Positions 52,893 to 64,000 of a stretch of DNA of 64,000 bases are shown piece after piece; positions within the stretch are counted from its first letter, which is position 1, and each line of letters starts with the position of its first letter. The translations under genes and the position numbers were made by a program. The DNA comes from Nymphaea colorata (lineage: Eukaryota). The stretch lies in NCBI RefSeq assembly GCF_008831285.2, contig NC_045138.2, forward strand, positions 39,122,001 to 39,186,000, written 5' to 3'. The notes beneath the pieces are model-generated. The model ran no database searches. It was not told the DNA's origin and saw only the letters and a program-made list of their open reading frames with translations.

Positions 52893-53823
52893 TAACTGTT
52901 TCGCACCTCATGTTTAGGAGAGCAACTACAAAGAGAGGGAAGAACAAAAACATTACGCTTCGCAAACAGCATCTCAAATGCCTTATCTGGTTTAAAGGTG
53001 GGAGCCAAATAAGTAAAATACCATTATTATTTTTCCTTGACTAAAAACGCAGGACAGGTACACGAATTTGTTGCACTACAACCTCTTAGGAAACAGTATA
53101 ACGAAGGAGAAACTACCAATCTTTGGCCGACAAGTCGACAAATGAAGAAGTGAAACTTTACAACAAAAATCCCCACAAAACGGACGATCGACTTACCGCC
53201 GTTGTACTCCAGAACAGAAAATCTTCAACCAACAATAAAATTCTCAAGCACCATGTTGGATAGGCATTTCATGAGAAGTGGGAAGGTAGGAACCGGACCA
53301 CATTGCGGTGCTAAAATCAAGAAAGGAGACCCCAGACTTTGGCCTCCGGCATGTCGGGCAAGAAAGAGGGAAAACAAAGTGAGCAGCACGAGGCAATTAC
53401 CTTCACGAAATTCCTCAAAAAGATGGGGAAGACCCACTGTGAGCCAGGGGCATTTCCGTCTTTTGGTTAGATTATTATTTTCTACTCCCTGGTTCGACGG
53501 ATTGTAACACGTACTTTGGTTTTGCACACAGATAACGCGAGTAACCCTTCGTCTTTAATTACGAATCCTGTGCAGAAATTTCTCATAGCTTAACGCTAAA
53601 CTGTCAAAAGCAAACAGAAGAATCCCAGCTTCTTCTACACACTCATCCAATCCAAAGATGGATATCTTTGAGGAGGATTAAAAACAAAAAGAGAGAGAGA
53701 ATGAGAAAGCAACAACAGATTACCCGATTAAGAAGTTACCTAGAATCTTGAAGCGAAAAGCAAAAAAAAAAATGATAGTGCGGACACGGCATAGCTCCCA
53801 AAACATAAGACAAAGAAGCGAAC

Positions 53824-54353
53824 CTCAGTTCGGAGACTCCAGATTTCCGCTCCGGACTCCTTACGGCCGGATCGAACGCCCCCGGCAACTACTGCACGGT
53901 AAAATCTGCTGACGGAAGAACAAAACGCATCAGAAACTCAAAAGAAAACCTCTCAACTAAGAAAAATTAGGAACAGAAATCCAAAGCCTCGTCAGTTTCC
54001 GGCGAGAGCCACTCCCCGGCATTTCACGTTCTCGGACGCCTTCAAACTTCGTGAAGGCCGATAAAACAAGAATGTTTTTCTTTCTCATCTTCATTTTTTT
54101 CTCCTTCCCATTTTTACCGCCGAAAAGAAGAACATCGAGTGTCGTTTAAAGGTGTGATAACAGGGATGCCTAAATACCTAAAAATTTCCAGCGAGTTCTT
54201 GAGTCTCCAGCTGTCTCTGTTGCTTACCCTAGTAATCGTAGGTAGGAAAGAGACGAGGAGGGGAGAGAAAGAGCTCGGAAGCCATGGTCACCTCTATCCG
54301 ATGAAGGAGAAGGGGGAAGCGTCCTGCTTCCATACTCCCCGTTCTTTTATATA
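53824..54353 (-). promoter_or_regulatory. Predicted core promoter and 5' UTR exons of the A_thal_3526 gene
   Basis: Minus-strand TATATAAA at 54353-54346; exon from about 54320 to 54228 ending at AGG|GTAAGC; exon 53908-53824 (acceptor ttccgtCAG, donor GAG|GTTCG); joins exon 51111-50991. Confidence 0.5.
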
Positions 54354-55188
54354 GCGACTGTTAGAGGAGGCGACACAGATATCCCGTGCGCTGGAGATTC
54401 TTGATAAAGGCGTCGGCCGACTCAGCCACGGCCATTGACTCTCTCGGCTCTGGTTCGGCTTCCGAGCCGCCGCCCCCGCGCGCTCTCGTCGTATAGGGAC
54501 CGTGCCGTGGATCAGGAAAAGGCTTCAGGATGTATTCAAAACGGGTAAAATTTCACCCCCCTGAATCAAATCGCGGATGAATGTTTCCCGGAAATTATGG
54601 TTCGTTCACTTCCAAAGTTCCACTCTGGGGTCCGACATTTTTCTCCAGAAAAAAGTTTACCTTCTTCGGACAAGCAAAAGGTTAGTTTGAAATTCTTTCC
54701 CAGCTGCCAAACGTCCGACCTGCTTCCCGACACTTTATCTTCTTCCTTTTCAGCTTTGATTATTGACCAAATATACTAATTTATACAGTAAAGTAAGAAT
54801 AAGTCAAAAAAGGAGATTCTCCCATAGTAAATGCTCATTTCAAATCTCTCAATTTTATTGAAATCTTATTTCTTTTTTCGGAATAACTTGTCCTTATATA
54901 GATGTGATTTTATAGTTAATATTGATAAGAAACACATATTAAGTAAGCTTTTATAACTTCTTTAGAATTGTTGGAGAAAAAAATCACGATCTTTGTTAAA
55001 TCAACTTAAAGTAAAGGAAATTTCAATAAACAAGACTAATAAACATTTCACTCATTCAGATTAAGTTGTATAAGTGTGTAAGGGTTTTCACAATAAATAA
55101 GTGTGATGAACATGCTTACACAATAAAGTTAAGTTAAAAAATATTTAGCTATATATGTAACTTGAAATATAATCTCAATGGTTATAGC

Positions 55189-55303
55189 TGTCTTAAGTGG
55201 TGGAGCATTAAACCTAAGTTAAAAGATGTACAGTGAGATAATTGAGGATCTTAAGAGGTAGGAGAAATTTTTTGGGGTGGGTCGTAATCCTCTTGCTCAC
55301 AAA
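55189..55303 (+). mobile_element. Decayed 3' fragment of the same SINE family
   Basis: TGTCTTAAGTGGTGGAGC..CTAAGTTAAAAGATGTACAGT...GAGGATC..AGAGGTAGGAG...AATCCTCTTGCTCAC matches the body and 3' end of the SINE at 28303. Confidence 0.6.
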
Positions 55304-55610
55304 GTGTGTATATAATTGAATGAAAAAAAAACAACAACTAAATTCACACGCACACACGCACCGGATAATTCAATCCAGTGTTGTCAAATCGGCTTGAATG
55401 ATGCCAAATTGCAAATTGATTCTATATGACTACTCCGAAGGAATCAGACCGGGGGAGTCCCCATCCATTTTTATTGATAAAAGAATGGTTATACGCGGTT
55501 CAACAGCAAGCCTTTGGCTCACTGATCATCTTGCTTCAAAAGCAAGGAAAGAACGTCTAATGACAGATGACTATCTCATATAACTAGACTTAAAAGTCTA
55601 GCAGAAATGG

Positions 55611-56397
55611 CTATCTAAAGGAAACATTAAGGCTAAACCAACATCGCCATTTAGGGTTGCTAGCTTGGATAGTGATCCTCTCTTGTCTCTGAAGCGTTAA
55701 CTCCCCAAGATGAGTTATCGTTTCCAAAAGAGAACCGCTGCACCAGAAAGAAGTAAACACTTTCTTGTAAATGACACCATCTAACCAAAGAATGGCCACC
55801 ACTGTAGGGGGTTTTTCATTTTTCTTCCTGTATATTCTGTTAGGAATCCAAGTTACACTAAAAATTTGAGTCCTAAGCAAGACATGAATAATCTTGCAAA
55901 CGTTGGGGGAGGAGGATTTCCTCAAGATCCCTTTCAGATTTAGCACAAATCAGCAAAAGACCTTTCTGAAGAATGGTGAACGTGACACCCGATGGCGATG
56001 ACCACATATTACGAAGGTCCTTGAATACTTCAACCAGATCAACCCTAAATCGCGGGTTACCTCCAGTGAGAGGAGCTAGAGCCAACCATCTGAAAGGAAG
56101 GGTCATTCGTTCCTTTGCTTCCATGGGAATTATCAGAGTCTTACGTCCTTCAATCTCCTTGATCGCAAGATCAGGAAGATCCAGCGCCTCCTCCCATTCT
56201 GAATCGTTGACACCCCCCGATGGTTCTACAACGAGCGATTGCTTAGGAGAGCAGTCTCTTGAGTACCATTCCTGGGGATAGCATCCGTCGCGCTCCCAAA
56301 AGCAGGGTGCAAACCACTCTAGTCGCCGGGATCCGGCGATGCACGAGAGCCCTTTCCTAGCGACAGGCTGGGGTTTTGGAGGTAAAGTCTCCAGAAC
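55611..56397 (-). mobile_element. LINE (L1-type) ORF1 relic, DUF4283-like
   Basis: Stop-free frame 56397-55873 (..LPDLAIKEIEGRKTLIIPMEAKE..VFKDLRNMWSSPSGVTFTILQKGLLLICAKSERDLEEIL). A frameshifted continuation reads FSVTWIP..LWLDGV..FWCSGSLLETITHLGEL. The pattern matches plant L1 ORF1 by eye. Confidence 0.6.
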
Positions 56398-56851
56398 TCA
56401 TGATTTCCAATTAGGGGTGGCGTTTCATTTTAACGGCCACTCACTTCTTGACATTCTTTTTGATATTTTTTCTCTTTTTGACGTTCTTCTTGAGACTCGA
56501 TGTATGTGGAATGTAAATATATGCCAAGTTCAAATATAATAATTAATATTATCCATATCAAACAGATGGACAGAGAAATTTTTCTGGTATCACTCTGGCA
56601 TTTGTCGTAGAAGCTCCGCCGCTCAACTTCTTGGGGGCACCATGAGGAGTGGTAGGAAGAAATATCAGTCTTATTTGATGATAATTCTCTCTTCTTGCCG
56701 TAGCCCATAGGTGGCGAGGCGCTTTCATCAGGGTGATTCCTGATTGTAACGCATCTTCGATGCATCTCGATTCCTAATTAACCTTAGTACTTCTGTTCTC
56801 TTGTTCGTGGACCTGTGGTTGTTAATGGCTCAATTCTCATGCCGTTATAAC

Positions 56852-56969
<118 letters not shown>

Positions 56970-59755
56970 CGTGCTAACCTATAGGTGTTATATCTAAATA
57001 ATTATCTTGACCACTAACCTTATTAAGAATGGATGCTGAAAAAGAAAAAGTGAAAAAAAGGCATTAGTCTTAACAAATTTTCTCCTTCTTTTCTTCTCAA
57101 CTATCTATGTTGGAAAAATAAATGCTAAGGTGATTTCTTACTAATCCAGTAGCCAAGGGTCTGATCGCTATCAATTTTTTTCCTATTAATTCTTCCCTTT
57201 CCCTCTTTCTCTCTCCACACACACACACACACATATATGTATATATATATATATATATATACATATATAAGAAAAATTAAATGGTAGTTTTTTTTTTAAG
57301 TTACAAAATTGAATAATAACTCTGGTTTTTAAAAGTTACCCATCCATCTAACTAATACCATTTAAGATAAAAACAAGGAAAAAAATATTATGGGTGTTTT
57401 TGTCAACTAGTATTAAGCTATATATTTTTTTTCTTGTTTTTTCTATCAACCATCAATCTGCTTCAGATTGATAGCCAAAGATAGAGTGACTTTGGATAAT
57501 TAGAATAATCATTCAACCACCCCTCCCATCACAAACACACACACACATATATATAGTGAGAGAGAGAGAGAGAGAGAGTAGTATTGAATTATTAAATTTA
57601 TTCAATTTAAAAGTCTTAAATATTATCACCAGTGAGGTTTTCAAAGGTGTGGGCTGTCAGGCTGGGACCAAAATTTTCATGGTTTTGTTTTTTCTTTGGA
57701 AAAACAAGTGCACATGTTACTAGTTAGGTGGATACAATTTGAATCGGCATAAAAACTGCCAATACTGAACTCCATTGGTTTTATTAAGGGTCCCATAAAT
57801 ATCTTTTTGAGGGGAATCTATATAAGCTATCGTATTTTTTCAATTTCTAGAGAAACATTATCAACATGTGCAGTACTACTAAAGAGAAGATTAAAAAAAA
57901 ATAAAAAAAGCAGAAAAAGAATTATTACCAGGCTACCACTGCAAAAAAGTTAATTCCATAATTTTAGATGGTTTCTTCGTAGGTATCATCTATTGGCGAC
58001 GGTCAGCTAGAAAGCATTTGACTGACCATGATATCTGCAGGGATCTGTTTTTAAAGGATCCGGAAAACTCAAAATCCATATATTTGGAGACATATTACAA
58101 ATCTCTTGTTTGAATAATGCACCATACAACCTTCCTTTTTCAATGTATAAATTATTGAACTTGAGAGATAATGGAGATTTTAAATCTATGGATCGAAAAG
58201 CTATAGTTTGATAAAGCGATGCATTTAAAGTGGGCGACACGACAGATCATACCCCCGGATTTAAGATATCGGATAATCGGCTGTTATATAGCGTTTGACT
58301 TCTCGTCAGAAAATTTTGGATCCACTGTCCCGTGTTTGGACATTAATGCAACACTTGCAACTGTAGATTGTCTTATGAAAAGAAAGAGAGAACAGGAGTG
58401 ACAAGGACACAAATTTGAGGTGAAAATGAAGTTGGAGCAATTGGTTAAAATTTCCTGGATTCTACAGTCTGCTCAGGCTCAACGATAGGACTCATTCAGT
58501 TTTGGTTCTTGTTCTCTGTTATCAATATTTTTTAACAAGCTTTTTCGCTTCAACAACATGCAAACGCAAGGTTTATTCCATTTTGGTAAGGTAGACTCAC
58601 TTGCTTTTGAGTTCAGCCGTTTATTTTCCACCATTTACAATCCATGGTAAGTGTGACACTTAAATTGAAGGTGTACCGTAAATCCACCTAGACCCCGAAG
58701 CAAAACAAAACTTTAAAGGTGTAAGAGTATGAACTTGCACCGACTCTTATGCTGAAGACTGTTTTTTTAAATAAATATTAAAAAAATTGACTCGATTGAT
58801 TCACCGGACAATTAAGGGAGCCAATGTGTCATAAACATTATTTTTTATAATTGTTAATATAAGTCCGTTTTATAATTTTTTGCTAACTCTTTCTTAAAAT
58901 GCATATAATATGTATATTTTTCCAATCTATTCGGTTGAATCACCAAATCTTGGCAGTGTAGCTGATTCGAACTAGTTTCTCGAATAGCACCATGATATTA
59001 AAATTACAATTATTATTTGTAGAAATGGAAAGATCAAAAGCTCCTAGCGCTTTGCCAATGAACCTCCATCTCTTCTTCCAAACACATCAATTTTGGCAAT
59101 AGTATCAGCTTGTTACTGTTCTATGAATGTGCTCCAATATAGAGTGTCAGATGAACTTGCTACAAATCTTTAGAGCAAATTCATGAAACAGTAACAAGTT
59201 GTTTCTTTATTACCAAACAATCTTTAGGAATGGTTTGAAAACATTATGCTACTGTCTCATGTATCTTTCCTAAAAAATTGGTTATATTCATTTGACACAC
59301 ACGCATGAAACAGTCACAGTTACCTCCCAAAAGAATTTGAAGGCGTCCTAAAAGTGACAACGGCAAAGGTACCGATCGTGGTTTCCTTCTCCCATGCTCT
59401 AGACAGAACTTGTCCTGGACAAAAAACATGGTCCCGCACTAAATTAACTCATCAGTCATCACCCATTCGTTCCTTGGACCACGGAAAATGCCCATCTTTG
59501 TCAACCACGTCCTCGTTGAGTCCACAAAGAAAAGTAAGCTCATCAAGGGAAGCACACAATCTAGGGTTTGGAACCATTTTGTGAACACCAACCCTAAAAG
59601 AATGAAAGCCCTCTCGGGCAGAAAGAAGGAAGATCAGAAGGCAGGCTCATCATGTTAGCAAGCATCTCAAAATTGGAGTTTTTAATAGATGTCACGTTAT
59701 AGAACATATAGGTAGATATATAGATTGGCAATTAAATAGGTTGCAGTGACATTAA

Positions 59756-59925
59756 GGGGTCGTTTGGTAATGAGAATAGCAACATAACCGTTTCATGCAT
59801 GTGCGCTTCAATTTTTGAAGTAGATTCACGATATACAGACAAATAAATATACCCTAAAGGTAAAATGAATATATCACAAAGATTGAGATAAATACATGGA
59901 ACAATATTCTATTGCCAAAGACCCT
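59756..59925. mobile_element. Small Tourist-like MITE
   Basis: Left GGGGTCGTTTGGTAAT, right ATTGCCAAAGACCCT; TAA on both sides (59753-55, 59926-28). Confidence 0.7.
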
Positions 59926-62900
59926 TAAATCCAATAATTGAGAAAAAGTAACAAAAGAAGCAATAACTAAAGGGAGAAGGGAAAAGGATAAAACCTGTTA
60001 AGAGTTACATTTCAAGTTTTTGCATGTAAATTTTCAATTTCCTGAAAACACGCGAGGCTTCCTTGACTTCGCGTAAAATTGTAAGGCTAAACCTTGATCA
60101 TCGGGGAGCTTTAACTTGACGCCCTATCACATTTTTCTCTTAATACGAACAACTTCATACCTTTCATATTTCTCTTTCATGTAATTGTCATAAAATGTTG
60201 TTTTATGTGATCTATAGATATTTTTATTCTGAAGCAAACACTGCTGCCTTTATTTCTAAAAACAAACGAATGGAGAATGTACTGAATATGTACATGAAAA
60301 AGGAAAAGCTACATCTATAAGTATTTTTAATACTCTTATTAACAAGCAAAGAATAGAATTAATAGTCTCTTGAAAAAGGTTTGCATTTAATATTTTCAAC
60401 TTAATTTTCATCGTTTCATTTAATACACTTAAGACCCAAATGATTCTTATTAATTCTGGTGTATAAGTGTCTGGGTGCTACCTATTAATTAATATGTCAA
60501 GCTTCTTATTGAATGGTAATCAAATTGCTCAAGAAAGCGAGGATGTGGATGCTTTAAGTTGTCGTCCAAACAATGATTTGCCAAGATATAATTTCGTTTC
60601 CATATATATAAACAAAAACGAAAGTAATATATATATATATATTTTAAGTAGAAAGCATCTCCAGTAGGATTTTGCTTCACACTTAACGATACGAAAAACA
60701 TGAAATATCGCGTACTGTCAACTCTTAAAAAATGAAATAAATAGTAAAAAATATCAAATCGAAAGTTATGACGTACTGTTGAAAGATTCAGAGAGACATT
60801 AAGTATTGTGGTTAATTATTGTCTTGAAAGGAGCCTTTCCTCGTCTGGATTCCTAACTTGCCTCTTGTACGTTCACAATTCCGACGGATATTTTCCTAGG
60901 AAAAGAAAACCGAGAGAACAACTCACACTTTTGATGCCAAACAAGGGGCCCCGATGTTATACGGATCTGTACCTAGACAATTTGATAGGTCAAGTGGGCC
61001 GACCGGACCTAGTCAAACTGAGCCCACCGGTCCATTTAGTCAATGAGCTGGGTCCGGCTCTCAACATGAAGGCTCTATTTTACTTGTCCCGCTGGGGCTC
61101 TTGTGCTCATCCTTTTCTGGTCTGGTCTGGACTTCCTTCCAAAGCGTAGGACCCCACCTCCCACCCATGCTCACGGCCATGCATTTGCTCCGGCTGGATT
61201 TTTATACATATCGGACCTGGATTGGAATGACATTATGCAGCACTGGCCCAGCTAAGAAAGTGACCTTAACCGGGTCTTGATTTGCCTTCAAAATGGATCG
61301 GTTTTCGGTCCATCCGGGGCAAGATTGAGAGTGTATGCGACTTGTAATGGGTAATCGGATCGGTTGGCCTGATCCAAGTCAGTCCATTCAACTTCAAGCA
61401 TGGCAAACACAGAGGAATATAACCATGAGCATGAAGGACCCTTTTATCTGGGCTTACTCGACCATGCTAACCAAACCGGGGCTTGGACTAATTTAGGGAT
61501 TGGAAACCATCATGAGCATGTCGGCTTCGATAACCCCTCCAATTTCGACTTGTGCGATATCACATATCTGAAATAGCGTTTGCGGGTTCATAGTTATTTT
61601 CGGTGCCTCGGGGTGACACCCTCACTATGTTTCAATTTGCATATTGATGACCCACCTTTTGAAAGATGATGAACTAGAACAAGTAGTATGACACATAGAT
61701 ATCTTAATGTTAATGTTTGGAGATTTATCAAAATTTTCAGCTATACCTTATGGAGTGCATCTTGAGGCTAGTTTGGATTATGGTAATTTTGGATTCGGAT
61801 ATCGATCTAATAGGATAGGATACTACAAGCTGCATGCCGTCATTGTTTGCACTCCATAAACTACTCCAGATACGTTATTCCATATTAATGATGACATAAG
61901 ATGTTAACGGATCAGATATGTTCGACTACCAATTCAAATTCAAGTCCATTTGATCATATCGGAAAACAAAATCCAGAAGCCATTTTGTAATTGAATCAGA
62001 CTCCAGCATTGACTGAGATCCAACGAAAATTTGACTTACACATACAAGTTTAACCTTGCTTTTTTCAGAACTGTTATGTTTTGAAAATTAGTATATGAAT
62101 TCTAGTTGTCACACAATTTTGTGGCGGATCTAAAAAAAAAAAAGAAAAAATTTGGAAGGACAGAGTCTGACCTACATCAGAAAATTTGGCCTCCTTGTTG
62201 AACAATTCTCTCGATTTTCGTCTGAAAAGCAGGCCCAGTCTAGGTAGGTCTAGTCAGTGTCGAACCAGACGAGGTCAGCTTCGTTGAGTAAGACAATAGA
62301 GACTACCCACAATACAGATGCTTCTGCATCTAGCATCTTCAGGCGAATCCAGCCATGAAAAGGACTCGTCCAAGCGATTACATCGTGTTCCTGCAGAAAA
62401 GTACACGCTACATGGGAGGGCTGATATCTGTCAGAACATGTCTGACCCGACTCACCCACTCCATGTAAAATATTGGCAAGAGATTTCGATGATCTATGGG
62501 CAGCCTAGATTTTGACCAATATCCAGATTTTACATTAAAATGAATCGGATAAAGAAAATAGCATTTGGATAGTCATAGTATAAGTGGTCGGCTTAAGTAT
62601 GGCAAGGATGCTATGCTGCACACTACCGGAGTTGAGCTCGAGCTTAGACAGTTAGAGCAACAGCAAGCTTGAGCTGGACTCGACTACACAAAATTTAAGA
62701 TGGAGCTCCACTTGCTTAACCCATGTAACTCGTCTAGCGTTCATTTAACTCTTGTAACTTGTGACATTGGTTTTGACAATATTATATAAAGTATTGATTT
62801 GTAAGTCAAATTGAGTATAAATGAATCAATTTCTGAAAACTTGAATTCAACTCATTTATCGTTTCCAATATCTTGTAAAGCGGAACGACTTAAGTACAAG

Positions 62901-63049
62901 TCTAAGTTTTTTTTTCGAATGAGTTCCAATCGAACCAAAATCCGATTCGTTTGGCCTAGTCGGATTAGGTCGCAACCTCTGGAAGTGGTTGGGGTTATGC
63001 TGGTATTTATTCAAAAATTCTGGGGGTATTCCTGTAAAGAAGACGGAAA

Positions 63050-63500
63050 ATGAATCGACGGCTGGACAGAGACGGAAGGGCCGTCCATCAATGGCGGTGG
63101 TCCCTATGCTTTACTTGGAGGAATTGTTGGCCGGAAACGAACGAAATATCCCGGCTCTGCTACGAAGCGCGCCGATCGATCACGGCCGAGGCCCCCCACG
63201 CTCCTGCCTTGTTCTGAGGACACGTGGTAGACGTGCGAAGGGGGACAGTTCGCCGACTCCGTGGAGGCGGTGGCGGTGGCGGAAATTGTCAGCGGCGGAA
63301 CGTGGGAAGGCGGGGCCGGCCGGGTGGGGAATGTCGGGGCGCGTTTTTGTCGGCATCGGCGAGTTTAGCACGATTGCTCGGGCGACCCGTCGAGTCTCTG
63401 TCGAAGATGATTCGGCGTCGGCCCACCGGCCAGGCTTCCGGCGAAACGCCGGCAGGGTTTCGGTCATCGACCACGTCAAAGAAGACTTGTGCCACTTATC
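63050..63500. promoter_or_regulatory. CpG-rich island with clustered ABRE/G-box and DRE/CRT cores
   Basis: CACGTG 63221, ACGTG 63231, ACGTGG 63300, CCACGT 63471; CCGAC cores at 63252 (+) and 63333, 63349, 63417 (-); GCGCGT 63339. Confidence 0.45.
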
Positions 63501-64000
63501 CTCCACCAATTTTTCTTAAGAGGGAAAGAAAATTGAGGTTCACTATATCACACGCCATGGATCTTATGATGTCAGACGTCTATCTTCGGGCGAGTAAGGG
63601 ACAGCCATTTTCAATTTTGGAGTAAATTATCACCAAATTATTATTATTATTATAAGAAAACCATTATGAGGAAGGAGAATGTTTTCTTGGCATTAATCAA
63701 GAAGTATGCTTTTCTCAAAGCATTTAGGAAAAATTTGATGATCTGAAAAAATAAGAAGAGGCAAATTATGAGAATTATATATTTTTTTCTTTTTTTCACA
63801 AAAAAGATTGATAAATACTCAAAACAGTTATCAAGATTTAAAATAAATCTCAAAAAGGAAAATATATTAAAAACATTTTCGTGAAAAAACATACAAAACA
63901 CAAACAAAATGACAGAACTTGTTAATTTCAGCTGAGCAATTTCTGTAAACTAACTTTGATTCATTTTCCTCTTTCCCCCAACTTTTATCATCTGAAAGAC

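Noticed and set aside
57990..62750. Several GGATC-, GAATC- and GAGCTC-rich patches (also about 480-720, 1870-2010 and 31440-31800)
   Set aside because: Probably decayed hAT MITE remnants, but TIR pairs and TSDs could not be defined, so they were not annotated.
62989..63625. Protein-coding ORFs (176, 133 and 109 aa)
   Set aside because: They overlap on both strands, as expected from high GC content, and show no recognisable domain or exon structure.

Overview
Eukaryotic nuclear DNA from a flowering plant: AT-rich, with GT-AG introns, many (TA)n/(GA)n microsatellites and MITEs. The species cannot be established from this window. Three intact spliced genes were reconstructed by hand with consistent exon phases: (1) a group-I, CNGC1-like cyclic nucleotide-gated channel on the minus strand (CDS 21284->8174, 7 coding exons, 711 aa); (2) a clade-F protein phosphatase 2C on the plus strand (33788-39048, 8 exons, 351 aa); (3) an A_thal_3526/TIGR01589-domain protein on the minus strand (51005->41607, 8 exons, about 369 aa). 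There is also a probable degraded gene at about 29.35-30.3 kb. Mobile DNA: a tRNA-derived SINE family (two full copies head-to-head, each with a target-site duplication (TSD), plus a relic), four intronic copies of one hAT-type MITE family, a second hAT deletion derivative, three Tourist/PIF MITEs and an L1 ORF1 relic. The most unusual signals are a structured GC-rich island at about 25.73-25.95 kb with a degenerate hammerhead-ribozyme-like core, the inverted SINE pair, and uORF arrangements at the PP2C and A_thal_3526 start codons. No CRISPR array, rRNA or true tRNA gene was seen. I found no new multi-gene system that I can support with confidence.
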